A model generated the notes under the pieces. It saw only the letters and a program-made list of their open reading frames with translations. It ran no database searches and had not been told where the DNA came from. The position numbers and the translations under genes are program-made. From NCBI GenBank assembly GCA_965200965.1, contig OZ241744.1:2240001-2304000 (forward strand): 64,000 bases of DNA, written 5' to 3'. Shown here one piece after another: positions 8,525-18,544 of the stretch. The DNA is from an uncultured Candidatus Binatia bacterium. GTDB taxonomy: Bacteria > Desulfobacterota > Binatia > Bin18. Each line of letters begins with the position of its first letter. Position 1 is the stretch's first letter.

Positions 8525-8554
8525 GGGGCCCCGGCGGCAAGCCGCCGGGGCCCC
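8525..8554. terminator. Perfect GC-rich hairpin between convergent genes
   Basis: ggggccccggcggc-aa-gccgccggggcccc; no U-tract. Confidence 0.5.
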
Positions 8555-8639
8555 CGCCTGCTCAATACACATCAGGGCAGCAGGTTCTTCGCATGAGCGT
8601 TTGCACCCATCATCTTTGAGAATGACAGACTTGACGATC

Positions 8640-9104
8640 CTACAGTTTGCCCCGGCTGGCAAAGCGGGCAAACTCCCCCTGGTTGAAGATGTGCTTCAGG
8701 CGGTTCGTGCCGGCCTGCTTGAGCAGCCATTGCCGCGCCCCGGGGGCATACCCGCCGCCGTCGAGCAGGATGATTGTATCATATTCGTCTTGCTGGATAC
8801 TCAACACCTCAAACGGGAACTTCTGATCCACACTCCCCGGTGACGCCTGCCACTTGCATTGGATCACGAGGCAGTGGGGCCAGCGCCGGGGGTGGTAGAG
8901 GATCAGATCAACAAGGCGGCGTTTGCCGTAAATATCCGTGCCGGTTTCGACCTGGCGGGCATAGATGGGCTGCTCCATCTCACGCAGCGGAAAGAACAGC
9001 CGGCGTTCGACCGACTGATAACCTGAGTCGTCCAAGATATGAGCAGCAAACGTTTCGAGCTGGTTGCCGGCGGCGTTGGCCCGCGCCCCTCCTGACTGTG
9101 GCAT
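8640..9104 (-). CDS. PD-(D/E)XK nuclease, cognate of the adjacent Dam-like methylase
   Basis: ANAAGNQLE, VDLIL, IQCKWQASPGSVDQKFP, LDGGGY. Confidence 0.75.
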   Translation of the reverse strand: MPQSGGARANAAGNQLETFAAHILDDSGYQSVERRLFFPLREMEQPIYARQVETGTDIYGKRRLVDLILYHPRRWPHCLVIQCKWQASPGSVDQKFPFEVLSIQQDEYDTIILLDGGGYAPGARQWLLKQAGTNRLKHIFNQGEFARFASRGKL

Positions 9105-9105
9105 C

Positions 9106-9937
9106 TCATGCCCCGCAGATCAGCAGTTCCACAACCTTCTCTCTCTTCCCCCCCCCGACAGTTGATCCTGCGCGGGGCCTCAATGGGGACAATCCGAAAC
9201 CCCTGATACAGCTTGCGGATCAGGTCAGTATCGCTGTTCGAGAGAAGGATATGCGCCCCGGCGTCCTGCCAGCGTTGGCAGGCATCGCGCAGCGCCCTCT
9301 GGTCGCTCTCGGTAAACCCTTGGCCGGTATAGCCGCTGAAGGTGGCGTCATAGGGCGGATCGCAATACACGAGGTCGTTGATCGTGGGCTGAATCTGCTC
9401 AAACGATTGCACCCGAAGCCGGGCCTTTTTCAGCACCTCAGCGACGGCCAGGAGGTTGTCCGCATCGCAGATGGTTGGGTTCGTATAGCGCCCGATCGGT
9501 ACGTTAAAACGGTCCTGGCTGTTCACCCGATAGAGGCCGTTGTAGCAGGTCCTGTTGAGGTAGATGAACCGGGCGGCAATGCGTACCGGGTCCTGATAGG
9601 CATGGCCCTCTTCCCGGATTTTCAGATAATAGGCCCGCGCGTGGTGCTGGGCATGCCGCTCCAACTCCGCAATCACAGCCCCCGTATCTTTCTGGAGCAT
9701 CCTATAGGTCAGCATCAGCTCGGGATTGCTGTCCGACAGATGGGCCGCCTGTATCCGGCTATCCAGGGCGAAGAAGACGGCCCCGCCCCCGCAGAACGGC
9801 TCGTAGTAGTCTCTAAACTCAGTGGGGAGATGCCTGACAATCTCCGGGACAATCGCCCGTTTGCCCCCGGCCCACTTGAGGAAGGGCTGGGCTCGGGGGA
9901 GGTCAAGGGAGGGGAAGGACGGCTGTTCGGACATCAT
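9106..9937 (-). CDS. Dam-family DNA adenine methylase, frameshifted at a G9 tract near the 3' end (as sequenced reads on to 8903)
   Basis: PFLKWAGGK, YYEPFCGGGAVF, YLNRTCYNGLYRVN, YCDPPY, LLSNS; removing one G restores RGGKREKVVELLI and a stop at 9106-9108. Confidence 0.85.
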
Positions 9938-10003
9938 CTCATGCAGAAGCTGAAAAATGAGTTGTCAAGTTTTTTACTCAAGGCAGGTTCGATAGACAAC
10001 TGT

Positions 10004-10409
10004 AGGGATGCGGTGTGGACCATACTCCCCCCTCCTTTGCCGCCGGCGCAGTCTGGCACTCTTGTTGTCCGGCTGTCAAGATTGTGTCAGGCTATGTTCC
10101 CGATATCCACAAGGAGGGCAGCTATGGCACGCCGCAGACTCTCAGACGCCGAGATTCAGACCGCCCTGACAAACCGCCCCGGCTGGGCGGTGGTTGAGGG
10201 CAAGCTCCACCGTGAGTACAGGTTTCAGGACTTTGTTCAGGCCTTCGGTTTTATGGCCAGCGCGGCCCTGGTGGCCGAGGCCATGAACCATCATCCCGAG
10301 TGGTTCAACGTCTACAGCACGGTCAGGGTTGAGCTCAACACCCACGACGTGGGCGGCATCAGCCAGCTCGACTTTGACCTGGCCGAAAAAATGGACGCCC
10401 TGGCCGGCC
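10004..10409 (+). repeat. 406-bp direct repeat A copy 1 (PCD gene plus upstream region); copy 2 at 13274-13679
   Basis: No differences seen at offset 3270. Confidence 0.95.
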
Positions 10410-10417
10410 GCCATTGA
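10124..10417 (+). CDS. phhB: Pterin-4-alpha-carbinolamine dehydratase, copy 1
   Basis: AGGAGG RBS; FQDFVQAFGFM, NHHPEWFNVY, THDVGGISQLD. Confidence 0.9.
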   Translation: MARRRLSDAEIQTALTNRPGWAVVEGKLHREYRFQDFVQAFGFMASAALVAEAMNHHPEWFNVYSTVRVELNTHDVGGISQLDFDLAEKMDALAGRH

Positions 10418-10489
10418 TGAACGGGCCGGCGCAGAACTGCGGGGTGGGCTATTACTGCTCGCTCCAGTCAGGACATTCGGCCAAACGTT

Positions 10490-11368
10490 ATGGCAAGACA
10501 CACAGAGAAAGCGTTCAGAGACTACCACGAAGAGGGGCATCTCTGGATAACCTTGTCTACAGGGGAGTACTACCCTGACATCCTGACTCTGGCCTGCGAG
10601 TTATACAAGCCGGTGCTCATAGCATTTGGACAGATGTTGCAGTCTGCCCATTCCTCGACGGACTTGTTTATGGCCATTGGACAAACACAACCGCAGTGGA
10701 TGCGAATACAGCTATGCAGAGTGTTTCGGAAATACGTCAGTCCCGAAACTCCTGTCGAAATGCTCAAAAAGAAAAGCGCTGCGAAGACCATCTGTAAGCG
10801 TTTCGGCAAGGGCTTCCGAAGAATTACCGAAGTACAAGAGCTGTTTCAATCGCGCCCCATGCCCGACGAGGCACTGTGCGCGGTCCTGTGGGAATACAGG
10901 GAGAGAGGCCGGAAGGGCTACGATTTGACCGAACGGTTATTCACAATCATTCGAGAGCGTTTTCCTTCACTTGCAATCACTGGACCGGAGCGTGCGGGGA
11001 GGGATGTGCTACTGGGCGAATTGTTCGGCAATTACCCGAAGCCGGACAGACCTGTGGACTTCGTGCTATCCCACAGAGGTAAGCCGGTGGCAATCGGTCT
11101 TGCGAGATACGATTCTGACAGAGGCGGGGCACAGGAGGATGACAGAACTGGTCAGTACCGAGACTGTGCCGCGGAGATTCTTGACTACGCAAATCAACAC
11201 ACGCTTCCGCTCAAGGTCATCTTCCTGAACGATGGGCCGGGTCTCCTGCTTGGCTCCATGTGGCGGGACTACGCCTCTCTTGAGGAGTCTCGCCCGGGGT
11301 TGATAAAAGTTGTGACGCTCAGAATGATCCCTGAGCGTATAACGTTGAAATGGCTTCTTTCTCAATAG
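10490..11368 (+). CDS. Type II restriction endonuclease, BstEII-like
   Basis: WITLSTGEYYPDIL, RVFRKYVSP, RPVDF, GLARYDSDRGGAQEDDR; adjacent methylase; family by recall. Confidence 0.7.
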   Translation: MARHTEKAFRDYHEEGHLWITLSTGEYYPDILTLACELYKPVLIAFGQMLQSAHSSTDLFMAIGQTQPQWMRIQLCRVFRKYVSPETPVEMLKKKSAAKTICKRFGKGFRRITEVQELFQSRPMPDEALCAVLWEYRERGRKGYDLTERLFTIIRERFPSLAITGPERAGRDVLLGELFGNYPKPDRPVDFVLSHRGKPVAIGLARYDSDRGGAQEDDRTGQYRDCAAEILDYANQHTLPLKVIFLNDGPGLLLGSMWRDYASLEESRPGLIKVVTLRMIPERITLKWLLSQ

Positions 11369-11377
11369 GTTTCTTGC

Positions 11378-12679
11378 ATGGCTACAGGAATTCCAACGAA
11401 GACCAGGGCTGGAGAAAGTCATACCCTTGAGTTGTCCTATCCGGGTAAAAAGAGCGTGTCCACCATACTACGCGCTCGGCCCACGGCCTGTTTTGATGTG
11501 GCGCGAGAAGGTTCTTCTTTGAATCGTCTGTACTGCGGTGACAATCTCACTGGCCTGTACCATCTGATGGAAGAATCTTCCGTTCGGGAAAAAGTTACTT
11601 TGGTGTATATTGACCCCCCTTTCGCTACGAGAGGGACGTTCCTCTCACGCGATCAACACAAAGCGTATGAGGATGATGTTTGTGGTGACGAATATGTAGA
11701 GGCCCTGAGGGAACGGCTTGTACTTCTGAGGAAACTCTTGTCTCCTGAAGGTTCCATCTATCTTCATCTTGATGAGAAGATGCTATTTCACATGAGGCTC
11801 ATTATGGACGAAATTTTCGGCACCGCCAATTATAGAAATCTCATTGTCCGAAAGAAATGCAATCCAAAAAACTACACAAGAAAAGCCTACGGAAACATAG
11901 CTGACTTCATCCTGTTCTATACCAAGAGTGAAGAATATGTATGGAACCGCCCTGTGGAGCCTCTTTCAGAGCAGAGTTCCAAAGAATATCAATATGTCGA
12001 GCCGGATACCGGACGGCGGTTTATGAAAGTACCCATCCATGCGCCCGGAAAACGCAATGGCGCTACCGGGAGACCGTGGCGCGGAAAACTGCCACCACCG
12101 GGAAAGCATTGGCAATACCTCCCAGACACTCTTGATGAAATGGACGCCAAGGGTGAAATTTCCTGGTCTGGCAATGGCAATCCCCGACGGAAGGTATATC
12201 TCGATCAGCATCGCGGTGTTGGTATCCAAGATATTTGGCTGGACTTCAAAGATGCGCACAACCAGAACGTTAAAATCACAGGCTACCCCACGGAAAAGCC
12301 TCCCGATTTGCTGCGCCGGATCATTGAGGCATCTTCTAATCCGGGGGACATAATTCTGGATTGCTACGCCGGTTCAGGAACAACGCTGGACGTTGCAAAC
12401 GAGTTGCGGCGCTACTGGATCGGGATGGACTGGAGCCCCAAGGCGGTCGCTACTACGCTTGATCGATTCAAACATGGCCTGTCGCGTATGGGAGATTACG
12501 TCGAAAAACGGAACGCACCAAGACAAGTTTCGCTATTTGATTCGTTAGAGAAAGGAAAGCACACGCATGAGGATGGCCGCCAGCGAGACCGTTTCTCAAG
12601 CTCGGATTTTTCATTATTGATACAACGAGACAGGAGGGACGATTTTCTCCCAATCGTCGAAAGCATAGACAGCCTCTGA
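11378..12679 (+). CDS. Beta-class N6-adenine/N4-cytosine DNA methyltransferase (M.EcaI/BstEII-like)
   Basis: VYIDPPF, GSIYLHLD, YPTEKP, LDCYAGSGTT. Confidence 0.9.
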   Translation: MATGIPTKTRAGESHTLELSYPGKKSVSTILRARPTACFDVAREGSSLNRLYCGDNLTGLYHLMEESSVREKVTLVYIDPPFATRGTFLSRDQHKAYEDDVCGDEYVEALRERLVLLRKLLSPEGSIYLHLDEKMLFHMRLIMDEIFGTANYRNLIVRKKCNPKNYTRKAYGNIADFILFYTKSEEYVWNRPVEPLSEQSSKEYQYVEPDTGRRFMKVPIHAPGKRNGATGRPWRGKLPPPGKHWQYLPDTLDEMDAKGEISWSGNGNPRRKVYLDQHRGVGIQDIWLDFKDAHNQNVKITGYPTEKPPDLLRRIIEASSNPGDIILDCYAGSGTTLDVANELRRYWIGMDWSPKAVATTLDRFKHGLSRMGDYVEKRNAPRQVSLFDSLEKGKHTHEDGRQRDRFSSSDFSLLIQRDRRDDFLPIVESIDSL

Positions 12680-12725
12680 AAGACTATCATACGGTCATCT
12701 GTCGGACGAGCCAATAAGAACTGTT

Positions 12726-13102
12726 CTAGCTCTCCGTGCTGTGGCTCTCGGTCAGACGCCCGGCAAACGCCCGATGTGGGGCTGTTCCCATGCCCTTTTG
12801 GAGTTGGGCCAGGACCCGCGCCATATCGCCCCGGGGCAGGGCCGGCACGGCCAGGTGCAGGCCGGGGAAAATACGGCTGGGATCACGCCGGAGGAATCCG
12901 GCGGCAGTGCGCGGTAGCCGTCTGCGGTCCAGTGGAACCGGTCAATCCGCCGGTCGTAGACCTGCCGACCAGGTATTCCCGCACGCCGTTGCGGCGGTGG
13001 ATGTGCAGGTCACAGGCGGCGCGGCTGGCGGCAATTTCACCAATGAGTTCGGGCGCGCCTTCAATGTAATCAAATGGAATCATCGGCAATGATTGAGGAC
13101 CG
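12726..13102 (-). pseudogene. 3' fragment of a Uma2-family endonuclease pseudogene (repeat B copy 1, 12730-13102)
   Basis: Near-identical to 14668-15040 including the same frameshifts. Confidence 0.85.
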
Positions 13103-13273
13103 TCCGCCCTGATGTCTTGAACTATATCCATAGCGTCAATTGTCACTACAAATTCAATGAGTTGCCTCTCGCATGGTTAGGGCTGCCCACCGCCGCTGAG
13201 TTCGGGGTTTAGCCGTTGCTCAGCGGTCGGGACACAGCACCTGGCCCTCGGGGCGGCCCAGGCCCGACTCGGC

Positions 13274-13679
13274 AGGGATGCGGTGTGGACCATACTCCCC
13301 CCTCCTTTGCCGCCGGCGCAGTCTGGCACTCTTGTTGTCCGGCTGTCAAGATTGTGTCAGGCTATGTTCCCGATATCCACAAGGAGGGCAGCTATGGCAC
13401 GCCGCAGACTCTCAGACGCCGAGATTCAGACCGCCCTGACAAACCGCCCCGGCTGGGCGGTGGTTGAGGGCAAGCTCCACCGTGAGTACAGGTTTCAGGA
13501 CTTTGTTCAGGCCTTCGGTTTTATGGCCAGCGCGGCCCTGGTGGCCGAGGCCATGAACCATCATCCCGAGTGGTTCAACGTCTACAGCACGGTCAGGGTT
13601 GAGCTCAACACCCACGACGTGGGCGGCATCAGCCAGCTCGACTTTGACCTGGCCGAAAAAATGGACGCCCTGGCCGGCC
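13274..13679 (+). repeat. 406-bp direct repeat A copy 2
   Basis: See 10004-10409. Confidence 0.95.
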
Positions 13680-13711
13680 AGCAAGCCCAGGAGGCGGGAG
13701 GGAAGATATGA
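13394..13711 (+). CDS. phhB: Pterin-4-alpha-carbinolamine dehydratase, copy 2 (different C-terminal tail)
   Basis: Identical to copy 1 through LAG, then QQAQEAGGKI; ATGA-coupled to next gene. Confidence 0.9.
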   Translation: MARRRLSDAEIQTALTNRPGWAVVEGKLHREYRFQDFVQAFGFMASAALVAEAMNHHPEWFNVYSTVRVELNTHDVGGISQLDFDLAEKMDALAGQQAQEAGGKI

Positions 13712-14643
13712 CCCTGGAAAAAAGCCTGCGGGTCCTGGTGGAAAAGCTCCGCGAGCGCATTGACAATCACGGCAATGCGCTTCGCCAGAGTGAGGCACTG
13801 ACCCGCTATGCGCTGATTGATCCCCTGCTGCGGGAGCTGGATTGGGACACCGCAGATCCCGACTTGGTGATACCTGAGTACAAAACGGATGACGGGTCGG
13901 CAGATTACGCCCTGCTCAGGAATGACGAACCTCTTATGATAGTAGAGGCGAAGAAACTGGGCACATCTCTGCGAGACAGGGTTCTCACTCAAGGGCTTAC
14001 TTACTGCCAAATGCAGGGGACTCGCTACTGCTCTGTCACTGATGGCAGGCGCTGGGAAATCTATGACACCCACAACACCGGTCCCAAAGACGAGAAGCGG
14101 ATAGTTGAGTTCGATCTGAAGAGCGGGTCTGCTGCCGAGGTGAGCCTGAAGGCGCAGGCGTTGTGGAGGAGGAAGATAGAGGCAGGCCACGTTGGCCCTG
14201 ACAAGCCCGGTTTGTTGAACCGGCTCCGCCGGAAAGTCTTGATTCCACAAACTCCGCCGCAGCCTGCCGGTGATGAACATGAATGGCAGCTACTATCGGA
14301 GTTGAAAGAAGGCGGTCCTTGCCCGGTAGAAATCTCTTTCCCCGACGCCTCGGTCGTCCAAGTTACAAAATGGACATCGCTACTGGTCGAAGTCGCGCGT
14401 TGGCTCATAAGCAACAATCACCTCACACCAAGCCAGTGTCCTGTTCAACGGACGCCAGGAGGCGAACGATACATCGTCCATACCGAACCTGTTCATGGGA
14501 CCGGAAAACGGTTTCGTAGCCCCAGCAAAGTGGGGTCATTATATGTTGATCGGTTGAGTGGAGCCAGGAGCGGCCCCGCCTCCCTATCCATCATCAAACA
14601 TGTCGGCCAGGACCCGGCACGATTCAAGGTCCGGTTTTCCTGA
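13708..14643 (+). CDS. HsdR N-terminal-like (PD-(D/E)XK) domain protein with uncharacterised C-terminal domain
   Basis: SEALTRYALIDPLLRELDWD, VIPEY, ADYAL, IVEAKKL, TDGRRWEIY. Confidence 0.8.
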   Translation: MTLEKSLRVLVEKLRERIDNHGNALRQSEALTRYALIDPLLRELDWDTADPDLVIPEYKTDDGSADYALLRNDEPLMIVEAKKLGTSLRDRVLTQGLTYCQMQGTRYCSVTDGRRWEIYDTHNTGPKDEKRIVEFDLKSGSAAEVSLKAQALWRRKIEAGHVGPDKPGLLNRLRRKVLIPQTPPQPAGDEHEWQLLSELKEGGPCPVEISFPDASVVQVTKWTSLLVEVARWLISNNHLTPSQCPVQRTPGGERYIVHTEPVHGTGKRFRSPSKVGSLYVDRLSGARSGPASLSIIKHVGQDPARFKVRFS

Positions 14644-14663
14644 CAGAAACGCGCGAGGGTGTG

Positions 14664-15332
14664 TTATCTCTCCGTGCTGTGGCTCTCGGTCAGACGCCCG
14701 GCAAACGCCCGATGTGGGGCTGTTCCCATGCCCTTTTGGAGTTGGGCCAGGACCCGCGCCATATCGCCCCGGAGCAGGGCCGGCACGGCCAGGTGCAGGC
14801 CGGGGAAAATACGGCTGGGATCACGCCGGAGGAATCCGGTGGCAGTGCGCGGTAGCCGTCTGCGGTCCAGTGGAACCGGTCAATCCGCCGGTCGTAGACC
14901 TGCCGACCAAGTATTCCTGTACGCCGTTGCGGCGGTGGATGTGCAGGTCACAGGCGGCGCGGCTGGCGGCAATTTCACCAATGAGTTCGGGCGCGCCTTC
15001 AATGTAATCAAATGGAATCATCGGCAGTGATTGAGGACCGCCCTTGTCCGGTTCCAGGCGGAGCAGGGCGTCCGGCCGCGGTTCGTTGTCCAGGTCAAGG
15101 CGCACGGTGGCGTTGTCGGCCAGATGCACACGGGCGTTACGGCGCTGTACACGCCGAGCCAAGTCATGAGGTGGACGTGGGGTTCGCCATGACCCCTGGC
15201 CCGGACCGGCAAGCTCACATACGCCACCCCCTCTATCAACCCGGCCTTCTTGACATCTGGCCGACGCTCGTAGCGCCGTTCAAACGCGTACCGTGAGAGC
15301 CGGTCGCCATGCTCCAGAGGAACGGGCGGCAT
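14664..15332 (-). pseudogene. Uma2-family endonuclease pseudogene (at least 3 frameshifts); contains repeat B copy 2 (14668-15040)
   Basis: PLEHGDRLSR..FERRY..LIEG / DNATVRLDLDNEPRPD..YIEGAPEL..NGVQEYLV / QVYDRRID / SRIFPGLHL are spread over different frames. Confidence 0.85.
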
Positions 15333-15334
15333 GC

Positions 15335-16531
15335 TCAGATCACCCCCTCTGCCTCCAGCGCCTTGAGCGCCTCGGCACTCAGGCCGAGCAACTCGTGATA
15401 CACCTCGGCGTTATGCTGGCCGAGGAGCGGGGCGGGTCTGAGTTCGAGCGGGGAGTCGTCCATCTGCACGGCACAGGTCGGCATGGTGAGTTCGCCCCGC
15501 GTCGGGTGCCTGAGTGTTGCCACCATGCCGCGTTCGCGCAGGTGGGGGTCGCTGAGGATGTCCTGGGAATCAAACACCGCGCCGCACGGAATACCGGCCT
15601 CGCCCATTTGGCGCATGACGGTGAACTTGTCGCGCTGCGTGGTCCAGGCGCTGATATACTCGTACACTTCGTCAAAGCGTGCGTTGCGCTCGGAGCGCTT
15701 GGTGTAGCGCGGGTCATCAATCAGGTCATCCCGCTCAATGACCCGCAGCAGGGCCTCCCACATGGCCGAGCTGGTGGCCATCAGGTAGACATAATCGTTG
15801 GGGCCACGGGGATGGCAGGGATAGGTGTCGGTCGGCGCGGCGTGGCTGAGCCGGTTGCCGCTGCGCGGCACTACCGCGCCGGTCTGGAGATGGTGGCGCA
15901 TGGGAACCCGCCCATAGTTCACCATCGCGTCCTGCATGGCCACTTCAACGTGCTGGCCGCGGCCGGTTTTGCCGCGCTGGAGCAGGGCTGACAAGATGCC
16001 GACCGCACAGTGCAGGCCGGTTCCGGTGTCGGCAATCGTCGGCCCCGGCTTGATCGGCGGGCCGTCCGGCAGGCCGGTGATGCTGATCGCCCCGCCGGTT
16101 GCCAGGGCGGCCGAGTTAAAGCTCTTATAGCCGCTCCACGGCCCATAGGTCCCATAGCCCTTGATCGTGGCGTAGATGAGGCGGGGGTTGATCGTGCGCA
16201 GGGTCTGGTAGCCAAGCCCCAAGGCTTCCATTGTGCCCAGCGAAAAATTTTCGATCACAATATCGACCTGCTGGGCGAGGGAGCGGAACAGGTCTGCGCC
16301 CCGCTCGGATTTGAGATCGAGGGTGACGCTGCGTTTGTTGGCGTTCAGCAACACAAACAGATACGAGTCCACATCCGGCTTGTCACGCACAAAACTGCGG
16401 CCCGGCTCCCCCGTGCCCGGCGGCTCAAGTTTGATGACATCGGCCCCTAAAAAGGCCAGCAACTCGGTGCAGGCCGGCCCAGCTTCGTAGTGGGTCAAAT
16501 CGAGAATGCGAATATGGTTGAGTGCCGACAT
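15335..16531 (-). CDS. CoA-transferase family III (CaiB/BaiF, formyl-CoA transferase-like)
   Basis: ILDLTHYEAGP, LGADVIKLE, NANKRSVTLDLK, APLLGQHN. Confidence 0.9.
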   Translation of the reverse strand: MSALNHIRILDLTHYEAGPACTELLAFLGADVIKLEPPGTGEPGRSFVRDKPDVDSYLFVLLNANKRSVTLDLKSERGADLFRSLAQQVDIVIENFSLGTMEALGLGYQTLRTINPRLIYATIKGYGTYGPWSGYKSFNSAALATGGAISITGLPDGPPIKPGPTIADTGTGLHCAVGILSALLQRGKTGRGQHVEVAMQDAMVNYGRVPMRHHLQTGAVVPRSGNRLSHAAPTDTYPCHPRGPNDYVYLMATSSAMWEALLRVIERDDLIDDPRYTKRSERNARFDEVYEYISAWTTQRDKFTVMRQMGEAGIPCGAVFDSQDILSDPHLRERGMVATLRHPTRGELTMPTCAVQMDDSPLELRPAPLLGQHNAEVYHELLGLSAEALKALEAEGVI

Positions 16532-16649
16532 GGGGCGTCCTCCTGCCGCGGGTGCTTCGGGCCAGTCTAGCACCGGGCTGCCACACTTGCAAAAGAACGC
16601 GCTCAGGGAAATAATCAGCGTCAGACAGGCTCAGCGAAGGAGGCACCCC

Positions 16650-17513
16650 GTGGCCCAGCCCAAATACAACCGCAAGACGCAAGACATTGGCAATATCCTC
16701 GGCCTGGAGCATGTCAATGTGACGGTTCCTGACCAGGAGTTGGCGCTGCGCTTCTACGTCTCAGGACTCGGCCTGACCCGCGATCCGTATATGATGGTCG
16801 GGCCTGAAAACATGTGGGTCAATGTTGGCGGTCAACAGTTTCATCTGCCCACCCGCGACCCACAGGTGTTGACCGGCTGCATCGGTCTGGTGGTTGCTGA
16901 CCGTGACGCGCTGCAACGGCGGCTCAGCCGGCTTGAAGACAAACTGGCCGGAACGGCCTTTGGCTGGACGGCCAAAAAAGATCACATTGCCGTGACCTGT
17001 CCGTGGGGAAATCAGCTCCGCTGTCACGCTCCCGGTCCGCAGTTTGGCGGGATGAGCCTGGGCATGCCCTATGTGGAGGTGTTGGTCAAACCCAGAACCG
17101 CCCGAGGCATTGCCGACTTCTACCGCACGGTCATGCACGCCCCGGCGACGGTGGTCAAAGACGGACAGAGCACGCTGGCCGAGGTCGGCCTCGGCTGCTC
17201 CCAGGTCCTGCGTTTCCGGGAAACCGACCGGCCCTTGCCCGATTATGACGGGCATCATATCGCCATCTATGTGGCCGACTTTTCCGGCCCCCACGCCTTC
17301 CTGAAGCGTCAGAAGCTGATCACCGAGGAATCCAGCGACTATCAGTACCGATTTCAGGCTATTGTGAATCCCAGAACGGGCAAACTCTTGTGCGAACTTG
17401 AGCACGAGGTCCGCAGCCTGTATCACCCGATGTACGGCCGTGAGCTGGTCAACCGGAACTCGGCCCAGAATATCTTTGCCTACGCGCGTGGACGGGACGC
17501 TTTTGTGCAGTAA
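16650..17513 (+). CDS. VOC/glyoxalase-like protein
   Basis: LEHVNVTVPDQ, QQFHLP, YDGHHIAIY, EHEVRS. Confidence 0.7.
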   Translation: MAQPKYNRKTQDIGNILGLEHVNVTVPDQELALRFYVSGLGLTRDPYMMVGPENMWVNVGGQQFHLPTRDPQVLTGCIGLVVADRDALQRRLSRLEDKLAGTAFGWTAKKDHIAVTCPWGNQLRCHAPGPQFGGMSLGMPYVEVLVKPRTARGIADFYRTVMHAPATVVKDGQSTLAEVGLGCSQVLRFRETDRPLPDYDGHHIAIYVADFSGPHAFLKRQKLITEESSDYQYRFQAIVNPRTGKLLCELEHEVRSLYHPMYGRELVNRNSAQNIFAYARGRDAFVQ

Positions 17514-17545
17514 GGGCCCATCGGGCCAGGGTGGCCGGGGGAACA

Positions 17546-18544
17546 CTAATAGCCGCCGTGTTTATCAACCACATTGTCAAGCGCCTCGCCCCGCAAAAAC
17601 CTGGCCAGATTGGGTTTGAAGACCGCGGTTGCGTGCTTCCAGTACTCAGAGCGCAGACCCGAAGTATGCGGGGTCAGGATCACATTCGGCAGCCGAAACA
17701 GCTCGCTGTCCGGCTGGGGCGGCTCGGGGTCGGTCACATCAAGGCCGGCACCGGCAATCCAGCCCTCTTTCAAGGCTTGAATCAGCGCCGGCTCCTGGAT
17801 AATCGGACCCCGCCCGACGTTAATGATGTGAGCGGTCGGCTTCATCAGTCGCAACTCGTGCTCGCCAATCAGGCCGGTTGTCTGGGGCGTGAGTGGGGCG
17901 GCGATAATCACACAGTCAGCCTCCTGCAAAAGGCGCGCCAAGCCGTCGGTGCCCGACACCTCATCCACACAGGACGGCACGGCCTTGACCCTGCGCCTGG
18001 TGGCGATCACCCGCATGCCCAGGGCTTTGGCCCGCTCGGCAAGCGCCAGGCCAATACCCCCCAGCCCGATAATCCCGGCCGTGCGGCCGTGCAGTTCGGA
18101 AAAGCTGGGATAGAGCGCAAACATCTTGCGCCGCGGCCACTGGCCTTCGAGTTGATAGCGGTAGGCCACATGGAGCTGGCGGGCCAGCATAATCATCACG
18201 CCCAGGATGTGTTCGGCAATCGGGATGCCGTGCAAACCCCGTGAGTTGGTGATAATCACGTCGCTGTCGATCATCTCTGGAAACAGGACATGGGTCGCTC
18301 CGGCCGAGGCGAGGTGGAGCCACTTGAGTTGCCGGGCGATCTGGAGGTCCTGCGGACTGAAGCGGACGGCAAACAGCGCGTCAGTGTCGGCCAGTTCGGC
18401 TGGGCGGCGGCCCGGGTCCTGGATGAGGGTGATGCGGGCGGCGGGAAACTCACGCTGGAGCTGCGCGGCCAGTTCCGGCGAATAGGCCGGGAAGCCCCCC
18501 AGCCCGGACGATCCGGCAAACGAGATGCACACTTTGGGTTTCAT
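17546..18544 (-). CDS. D-2-hydroxyacid dehydrogenase
   Basis: GIIGLGGIG, PLTPQT, INVGRG, GAGLDV, LTPH. Confidence 0.9.
   Translation of the reverse strand: MKPKVCISFAGSSGLGGFPAYSPELAAQLQREFPAARITLIQDPGRRPAELADTDALFAVRFSPQDLQIARQLKWLHLASAGATHVLFPEMIDSDVIITNSRGLHGIPIAEHILGVMIMLARQLHVAYRYQLEGQWPRRKMFALYPSFSELHGRTAGIIGLGGIGLALAERAKALGMRVIATRRRVKAVPSCVDEVSGTDGLARLLQEADCVIIAAPLTPQTTGLIGEHELRLMKPTAHIINVGRGPIIQEPALIQALKEGWIAGAGLDVTDPEPPQPDSELFRLPNVILTPHTSGLRSEYWKHATAVFKPNLARFLRGEALDNVVDKHGGY

Noticed and set aside
8774-10417. 547-aa + strand ORF
   Set aside because: Antisense shadow of the Dam and nuclease genes; only the last 97 codons (phhB, with RBS) are real
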